Shown piece by piece: positions 57,447 through 64,000 of a DNA stretch of 64,000 bases (the first letter of the stretch is position 1; every line of letters begins with the position of its first letter). Under the pieces are notes generated by a model. The model saw nothing but the letters and a program-made list of their open reading frames with translations. It ran no database searches and was not told the DNA's origin. This stretch comes from Candidatus Daviesbacteria bacterium (GTDB taxonomy: Bacteria > Patescibacteriota > Microgenomatia > Daviesbacterales > UBA10151): assembly GCA_016186955.1 (NCBI GenBank), contig JACPKP010000003.1, positions 258,290-322,289 of the forward strand. Reading direction: 5' to 3'. Both the position numbers and the translations under genes were made by a program.

Positions 57447-58109
57447 CTATTTGTTGAAGTCCATATATATATCTCTTCTTACTGCGGTATAGAATGGTTG
57501 TAAATCTGGCGCTTGCGCAAATCCAAATGATTCTTCCTCATCACCCAATGCAGTATCTCTAGCTCTATCCTCTTGTATCCACTTCTTCACATCTGGATGT
57601 TCTATAGATTTAACCTCAATTCCATTGTCCAAGCACCATAGTACAAGATGTTCAGCATTATTACTCTGAAGTCTTCGTCGATAATCTTGCATACGTTGTA
57701 GTTCATCTGGTCTTGTAGGTTTTCCGCCTACTGTCCCGCTAGATTTACATTCAATCTCAGCTTCTAAGAACTCTGTCATCCATTGCAATTGTTGAGGGTC
57801 AATTTCTTGTAAGACTTTTAATTGTGGATTCTGTTGTTTAAGCTCTGCAAGTTTTTTCTTAATTGCCTCAATCTCCTCAGTGTGACCCGTATGAGCATAA
57901 CCAATTATGACTGGATTATATCCATCAGTTCTCATTCTTTCGATTGGTTCTTGGGGATAAACTCCTTCGCTTAGTTTTTGGAATCTCTGCCTAAAATCTG
58001 CTGGTAGAAGATGAGGTGTATCTCCTCTATATCCAAAGAATTCAGTATGTGGAGAGTAAGTATTTATTTGTTCTTCTGTTTCAATTCTGCTTGCATCTAT
58101 ATCTGACAT
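57447..58109 (-). CDS. hypothetical protein (220 aa)
   Basis: ORF only. Confidence 0.4.
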   Translation of the reverse strand: MSDIDASRIETEEQINTYSPHTEFFGYRGDTPHLLPADFRQRFQKLSEGVYPQEPIERMRTDGYNPVIIGYAHTGHTEEIEAIKKKLAELKQQNPQLKVLQEIDPQQLQWMTEFLEAEIECKSSGTVGGKPTRPDELQRMQDYRRRLQSNNAEHLVLWCLDNGIEVKSIEHPDVKKWIQEDRARDTALGDEEESFGFAQAPDLQPFYTAVRRDIYMDFNK

Positions 58110-58238
58110 AGGTAAGTTAATTTTATCAAACTTTCTTTAACCTTTTCACAGACGCATACTTTACTATTTAAAATGATATACTTTCTTTATGGTTGAAGAC
58201 AAGAAGAAGATATTGATTTTGATATTCCATCAGAGTTT

Positions 58239-58556
58239 TTGGGTAAAAAGTACAGTGAAAATGATTTATTGAGAGAATACTGGACTGAGGATATGGATCC
58301 AATAGAACCTGGAGAAATGGTAAAGTTACTTTCTAGGGAGGATTTTGGGGAGAAAATTGCAACTGCTATAAAACAAACCACTAAAGCAACCGCTACAAGC
58401 TTTCGGGGGAGAGAGTACGGTTTTGTCGGACTGCGGGATTTGGGCACTGAGGACAAAGAATTCCATTTAACTTCTTTATTTGAGGGTGAAGAAAGAACTA
58501 TTCCACTTTGGTCTCAAGCTGATCAATACATATATGAAAATCCAGAGGAACCTTGA
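58239..58556 (+). CDS. hypothetical protein (105 aa); a -1-frame ORF continues 58553-58729
   Basis: ORF; possible split gene. Confidence 0.35.
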   Translation: MGKKYSENDLLREYWTEDMDPIEPGEMVKLLSREDFGEKIATAIKQTTKATATSFRGREYGFVGLRDLGTEDKEFHLTSLFEGEERTIPLWSQADQYIYENPEEP

Positions 58557-58745
58557 CTAAAGGATTTGCATTCCACACTCACCCAGGTTTCCTTAAAATA
58601 GACAGGTTATTAGATGCCATGTCTGGTATGAAATCTGGTCTGAAGGTAACATTTAGCGACTTATTTTCAGAAAATGATTTAAAAGGATACATGGAAATTG
58701 CCAAATCACTAGAAAGTGGAATCTTTAAATAGAACAAGCAAGTAG

Positions 58746-59372
58746 TTAGGGAGTTTTAGTGGTAATTACAGATTGAGGTTTTTGGTGTTTGTAGATATGG
58801 GTTAACAGGTCAGCTGCTGTTTTTAATCCTAAAAAGAAAAATAACTGGATTTGGTTGGCAAAAAATGCCCCTAAAACTATAACTAAATGCATAGGAATAA
58901 TTCTTTTGTAAGGGGCAAACATGAGCGTACCTATATTTGGTGTTTTTTGTTGATCAATAATCCTGTTATGGTAATAGGAAAAAAAGTGGTTAATAAAAAA
59001 TACCAGACCCCCTAAAAAAAGATAAGTAAAATCAAAGGCTTTTGTGGATTTAAAAAAGTTAAAAATAAAAATGGCATAAATAAAATGGGAAAAACCATAA
59101 TGGAATAGGAAGAAAAAAGCAGTAAAAGTTTTGGTCTGTAAAGTAGGGGAGACAGGCTGGTTATTTATGGTGAAATTTTCAGTAGAAAAGTTTTTTAAAC
59201 TTAAAATCCTCAAAAACTGAAAAAATCCAATGATAATGCTTTGCATCCAGTAAACCCAAAGCACTGTTGCTACATCCCACCCCTGAACTATAGCCAGGAT
59301 AATTACAATGATGTTGGAAACTATCAAGCTAATAGATGAAGAATCTGCCAGATAATTCTTATTAGATTTCAT
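58746..59372 (-). CDS. hypothetical integral membrane protein
   Basis: ~6 TM helices. Confidence 0.45.
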   Translation of the reverse strand: MKSNKNYLADSSSISLIVSNIIVIILAIVQGWDVATVLWVYWMQSIIIGFFQFLRILSLKNFSTENFTINNQPVSPTLQTKTFTAFFFLFHYGFSHFIYAIFIFNFFKSTKAFDFTYLFLGGLVFFINHFFSYYHNRIIDQQKTPNIGTLMFAPYKRIIPMHLVIVLGAFFANQIQLFFFLGLKTAADLLTHIYKHQKPQSVITTKTP

Positions 59373-59431
59373 AAATCAAAAGCAATCCGGGCTAACTTGT
59401 AACTGATTAAACTTTTATTCTTGAACCAAAA

Positions 59432-59510
59432 TACCGCGCAGCTTGCTGCGGGGATGAATGGTTCACAGAAGAACTTTCCCGAAGGGATACCCCGCAGTTT
59501 ACTGCGGAGT
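59432..59510. repeat. two near-identical 23-nt hairpin units separated by 33 nt
   Basis: taccgcgcagcttgctgcgggga / taccccgcagtttactgcggagt. Confidence 0.75.
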
Positions 59511-59784
59511 AGTTCATTTCCAAAGGAAAGAACTTGTTCATAACCTCCTTCGGCCATACTTTGAGTATAACACCTGGAGGACTACTGCAATATTTAAGAA
59601 GCTTGAAATAAAGGTCATGCCTCTCAGCGCCTCCCAGCATCAAAAATTTTAAAAATCCTCAGGTTCCCGCTCAAACCACCCCCGGGTAGGAACACATACT
59701 AATTAACTCCTTGGAACATCGCAAATTCCTTTTACAAAACTTGACAGTTGCAAGTCTAAAATATAGGTATATAATTTTACTGTT

Positions 59785-60471
59785 ATGACACTCAGTCCTG
59801 AAAATATGCAAACTGACCCAACAGGTAATGTCTTTTGCTATGCTCCCATGGAGGCCGATATCACCCATATGGACAAAGAGCAACTTGACAAATACATCCG
59901 CATGACTTTCATGGGAAGGACAGATACGAAGACGCTTCCCTATCCATTCTGGGGTACCTACTATGAAGCTGGATTTCTTGGAGGTAGTGACGGCCATAGT
60001 CCAGCAGGACCAAACCGTTTATTTGGAAATATCTATTCAGCTGTCGGGAGAATACAGAGGGAAGGAAAGACTAGCTTTACAGCCCAATCCAGGAATGAAG
60101 TATTTGAGTACCCTGCTGATTTTGGTTACAGATTAAGATTAGAAAAAGTTCTGACAGGTATCTTAGATGAAAGTCAAAACGTTGATGGTAATCCAACACC
60201 AGAGCAGGTGAGACTTGGTATTTTTGCTGCTGCCACTATTCAAGACATTGCTTTATCAGATGGCCCTAATAGTCCAGAACAACAGTTTGTAGGAATGCTT
60301 CAGGAAAAAGGAACAACGACAATTGGTGTAGTTCGACAAATGGTAGGAAAACTTAAGCATCCGAAATCAGAAGACAATCCATTATTTGCACGGGCGGATA
60401 CGTTTTTAAGAGATCCTCGGTTTGGCTCACTTTATCAAGCAGCAATGTCCTCTTATAATCCGTTTTCCTAA
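59785..60471 (+). CDS. hypothetical protein (228 aa)
   Basis: ORF only. Confidence 0.4.
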   Translation: MTLSPENMQTDPTGNVFCYAPMEADITHMDKEQLDKYIRMTFMGRTDTKTLPYPFWGTYYEAGFLGGSDGHSPAGPNRLFGNIYSAVGRIQREGKTSFTAQSRNEVFEYPADFGYRLRLEKVLTGILDESQNVDGNPTPEQVRLGIFAAATIQDIALSDGPNSPEQQFVGMLQEKGTTTIGVVRQMVGKLKHPKSEDNPLFARADTFLRDPRFGSLYQAAMSSYNPFS

Positions 60472-60625
60472 TCTACCTTCAGAATTGTTATACGCAAATC
60501 CCATCTCTCCTTTTGTTTTTACTCAAAACTCATACCTGCTTGGCTGTTTGCTCATAGCTGAATCCCTAATTTAGGAAAAGAATTACCTGAATTCTATCCG
60601 CCCGCTTTCTGAGCTTACTATCATA

Positions 60626-63600
60626 ATGGGCTTCCCTCAGAATGACGAGTGGTATATACTAAATTTAGTGGTAAATTTTGCATCCAAAAGATTGTTTAGA
60701 GTATATTTTTTAGGAGAGAGTGGTGTTATACATATTTTTTTGCTGCTACTGCTTCTTTTGGGCATTGGGCTGGGGGTTTATTTAGTACAAAATAAAACTA
60801 ATATTTTTCCAAAAGCTGCTTTAGAGCAACCAAGTTTGAATTGGAGTGTTGATACAGATTTTGATCCAAACAGGAATTTTTCAACAGTCTCTAAACTAAG
60901 CAGGAATATCTCTTCCGGGCTTATGGCTACACCACTGGCATTCCATAATGGAGATATATTAGCTTGCTTTATTTCTGAGGATTTAAAGACTATGGTGGCA
61001 AAATCTTCTGATGGAGGGAAAAATTGGAGTTATAACCAGGTATCAGTAAATGTGGGTGATGACCCTCACTTTTTTTGTAGTTTAGGGGTTGATAAGGATG
61101 GTTATATTCATATTGCATATGATATGCAAAATGTCCCTTTAAAATATAAAAAGTCTGATAACCCGAATGATATAAACTCTTTTTCGCCCTCCTCTATGAC
61201 TGGTACAGCAGAGGATAGGGTGACTTATCCAAGCTTTCATAAATCACCAAATGGAGACCTTTATTTTTTATATAGAAATGGCGGATCCGGGACTGGAGAT
61301 CTATATATTAAAAGATATGACAGTTTAAACAAGGTCTGGGAAAATTTTGCCACACCTTTGATTTTGGGAAGCAGTTCAACTCCAGCAAAAAGTCCTTATT
61401 GGGGCAACATAGTTTGGGATAAAAATGGGGATATGCATATTGCCTGGACCTTTAGGGATTCCCAGATGCAGCAAAACTCTAACCTTTATTATGCAAAATA
61501 TAACCAGAGTTTAAAAAGGTGGGAGAAATCAGATGGCAGTGTCTACACTTTACCAATCACTCCTCAGACAGCTGAAGCAGTTGTTGTGCTAGATTACAGC
61601 CAGAACCTGGCAGAGTCAAATGGGATTTATATAGACTCATTTAACCATCCCCATATTGCTTATATAAAAAATGCAGCCTCGGGAAAAACTGAGGTTTTTT
61701 ACACCAGCTTTAATGGTTCTTCCTGGGTGAATAAACAGGTCACAAATTTAAACCCTGACAGGGCATTTTATACCGGCTTGAATGCTCCTCAGCTTGTTGT
61801 TGATGATAAAAATAAAGTTTATATTTTTTACACTGATCCAATTGGTGAGGATCTAATTGCGCCAGGCGACCTTTATATTAGTGTCAGCCCTGATAATGGA
61901 GAAAGCTGGGATACTATAAAAACAAGTTATCCAAAAAGCCGGGGGTTTAATTATGATGTAGCAAGCTTTAGGGAGACTGGCAAGCTGTGGTTTTTATACC
62001 AGGAAACTTTAGATAAATTTGGCAACTTATTTCTTTTAGGAGGGGTTAGTCCAGAAGAGTTTGCTAATGTTTCTTCTTATGCTAATACTTCAAGCTTACT
62101 TGCTAAAAAGGGAGAAGTTAAACTTGAAAACAAATTAGTGGGGTTTTGGAAGTTTGATGAAACAGGTGGAGAAGCGTTAGATTCCAGTGGAAATAATTTA
62201 AATGGAATAACCCAGGTTGGAAGAGGGGTTTTGGGAAAGGTTTTAAATAGTTATAGTTTTGGAGGTTTTGGGTCTGTCAGGGTGGCTTCTGACCCTTTAT
62301 TAAACTTTGATAAGGCAGATTTTACTGTTGAGGCCTGGATTAAGACAACTACCCCAAGTGGAATAGTGGTATCTAAGTACCAACAAGGGAGAACACCAGG
62401 ATTTACCCTAGCTTTAAATAATGAAGGCAAGCTCCAGGCTCAGATTAGGGATGGTACGGGAACAGGTGATGGGCCTGATGAACTGGCTTATGTGAGCGGA
62501 GAGACTGCCTTAACAGATGATAATTGGCATCATATTGCTGCAGTTTTTGATAGAGGAGGAAGCTTAACTATTTACGTAGATGGGAGGCAAGATGCTGCAG
62601 CTTTGGATATATCAAAAATATCAGACAGCATTAGTAATACCAGAGCTTTGGTGATTGGAGCAAGGGATTCTGATCCGGAAGGGAATTATTATAAAGGTTT
62701 GATTGATGAAGTGGCGTTGGTACGGGGTGTTTTAACTCCTGAGGAGTTTAATTTTACTAAAGATTATTCTGTTAATTCTTTTATAAAACCGGATAAAGGC
62801 ACTTATACAAGTTATTATAAAAAGATGGCAACCGGCTTTTACAGAGATCTGACTGTTGATACTTTACTTAACGGGGGGAGTGTTAGGGCGGTTGTTGAAA
62901 CATCTACAGATAGGTTTAAAACCATCCTGGGTTCTCAAGAGATAATATTGTCAGAGGGAATAAAGGTTTATCCTTTAGCGCTGCAAGGCTCAGCAAATGG
63001 CGAAGAGGTAAGAGTGACATTTGAGCTAACGAGTTTAACAGGTGCCAGCCCGGTTATTAGATCTTTTATAGTGAGTAAAACTGTTTTAAGCAGTCCAACA
63101 CCATCTTTAGACAAAAAACCGCTTGGGTTATTTAAATTTGACGATAATAAGGGAGATGTCGCTATTAATTCGGGGTCTTTAGGCAGTGTGATAGATGGCA
63201 AGCTCACAAATATTAAAAATACAGATAAATCCGGATGGACTGATTTAGGGAAGATTAACGGTGCATTAATGTTTGATGGTAATGATGACTTTGTTGACCT
63301 GGGATCAAACTCTAATTTGGCAGTAGATAGTAGTTTAACTGTTGTTTCCTGGTTTAAAACTGCAAGCAAGAAGCCAGGGTTTATTATTGATAGAAATGGG
63401 CCAGTCAGCACAAATTATAGATTAATGGTTAACCAATATGGTGCAAAAAATACAGTTGGTTCTAAATACTGCAAGGTTAATAAAGTCTGTGGAAACCTTC
63501 ACTTTAGTAATGGTGTCAACTTAGTGCTGGAGAGCAAAAAAAATGTTAATGATGGAAATTGGCACCACACTGCGTTGGTGTATGATTCAACATCAAGAGC

Positions 63601-63817
63601 TATTTTGCTCTTTGTTGACGGAGTATTAGAGGCTGGACCAATACCAGTTGGAAAAAGTGGAAAGTTGGTTGATCTGAATAATAAAACATTTATTGGGGTA
63701 AGAGGAAATGGACAGAAAGCAACTGATGGAAATTTTGAAGGCATTTTAGATGATGTCAGAATTTATAACCAAGCCTTAAGCCAGCAGGAGATTAATAATC
63801 TTATTGGCAGTTTTTAA
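60626..63817 (+). CDS. large secreted/membrane-anchored protein: BNR-repeat beta-propeller region plus two LamG-like (concanavalin A-like lectin) domains
   Basis: BNR motifs SSDGGKNWS, SPDNGESWD; LamG_3-like DNWHHIAAVFDRGGSLTIYVDG and GNWHHTALVYDSTSRAILLFVDG; N-terminal hydrophobic anchor. Confidence 0.6.
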   Translation: MGFPQNDEWYILNLVVNFASKRLFRVYFLGESGVIHIFLLLLLLLGIGLGVYLVQNKTNIFPKAALEQPSLNWSVDTDFDPNRNFSTVSKLSRNISSGLMATPLAFHNGDILACFISEDLKTMVAKSSDGGKNWSYNQVSVNVGDDPHFFCSLGVDKDGYIHIAYDMQNVPLKYKKSDNPNDINSFSPSSMTGTAEDRVTYPSFHKSPNGDLYFLYRNGGSGTGDLYIKRYDSLNKVWENFATPLILGSSSTPAKSPYWGNIVWDKNGDMHIAWTFRDSQMQQNSNLYYAKYNQSLKRWEKSDGSVYTLPITPQTAEAVVVLDYSQNLAESNGIYIDSFNHPHIAYIKNAASGKTEVFYTSFNGSSWVNKQVTNLNPDRAFYTGLNAPQLVVDDKNKVYIFYTDPIGEDLIAPGDLYISVSPDNGESWDTIKTSYPKSRGFNYDVASFRETGKLWFLYQETLDKFGNLFLLGGVSPEEFANVSSYANTSSLLAKKGEVKLENKLVGFWKFDETGGEALDSSGNNLNGITQVGRGVLGKVLNSYSFGGFGSVRVASDPLLNFDKADFTVEAWIKTTTPSGIVVSKYQQGRTPGFTLALNNEGKLQAQIRDGTGTGDGPDELAYVSGETALTDDNWHHIAAVFDRGGSLTIYVDGRQDAAALDISKISDSISNTRALVIGARDSDPEGNYYKGLIDEVALVRGVLTPEEFNFTKDYSVNSFIKPDKGTYTSYYKKMATGFYRDLTVDTLLNGGSVRAVVETSTDRFKTILGSQEIILSEGIKVYPLALQGSANGEEVRVTFELTSLTGASPVIRSFIVSKTVLSSPTPSLDKKPLGLFKFDDNKGDVAINSGSLGSVIDGKLTNIKNTDKSGWTDLGKINGALMFDGNDDFVDLGSNSNLAVDSSLTVVSWFKTASKKPGFIIDRNGPVSTNYRLMVNQYGAKNTVGSKYCKVNKVCGNLHFSNGVNLVLESKKNVNDGNWHHTALVYDSTSRAILLFVDGVLEAGPIPVGKSGKLVDLNNKTFIGVRGNGQKATDGNFEGILDDVRIYNQALSQQEINNLIGSF

Positions 63818-64000
63818 AATCCTACATCCGCTGGCTCACCTACAAATCTATATTGACTTAGGGTTAGGGGTGAATAATACTTAAATTAATGCCCAAAAGT
63901 TTAAACCAAAAAGGTGTAATAAACCCCCTTTTAATAATCTTCATAGTTTTAATTTGTCTTGTTGGTTTGTGGTTTTTTATTGGCCAGGCAAAATTTAGCT

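Noticed and set aside
59432-59510. Two-unit repeat-spacer-repeat considered as a minimal CRISPR
   Set aside because: Only two units with a 33-nt spacer, units differ at several positions, no leader or cas context; kept as a hairpin-repeat finding instead.

Overview
AT-rich bacterial chromosomal segment (read by eye, no numbers computed). Gene content and style suggest a small-genome, probably uncultivated lineage, possibly Patescibacteria/CPR-like. That guess is an inference from GH57 and GH15 glucan enzymes, a cupin-type PGI, many small hypothetical membrane proteins, and -10 boxes sitting only 6-9 nt upstream of start codons. Conserved housekeeping genes are interspersed: glyA, folD, ybaB-recR, obg, cysS (apparently frameshifted), a Y-family polymerase dinB, gdhA flanked by two M16 peptidases, lepB, ppsA-eno, a DEAD-box helicase and one tRNA-Arg(TCT). 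There is a two-component pair whose response regulator carries a membrane bPH_2 output domain instead of a DNA-binding domain. A thiol-disulfide module (VKOR-Trx, CcdA, glutaredoxin) sits beside a sugar and alpha-glucan block: ROK kinase, GH13, cupin-type PGI, a glycogen-synthase-like glycosyltransferase, GH57 and GH15, followed by ppsA-eno, a glycerate kinase and a 2-hydroxyacid dehydrogenase. The most unusual content is repeat-related: (i) a REP-associated Y1/HUH tyrosine transposase (RAYT/IS200-like) next to a DEDDh exonuclease, both delimited by four copies of a 23-bp direct repeat (22934-24448); (ii) a GC-rich palindromic element family inserted in-frame into coding sequence (cysS, where it coincides with a frameshift; the N-terminus of ORF 40187; a different perfect 15-bp inverted repeat inside dinB); (iii) a nested cluster of MITE-like repeats at 8826-10117 with frameshifted ORF remnants; (iv) tRNA-like fragments next to tRNA-Arg that may mark an integration site; (v) a heptanucleotide microsatellite overlapping the stop codon of a cupin gene. 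Several intergenic hairpin clusters (41273-41362, 59432-59510) could not be classified.
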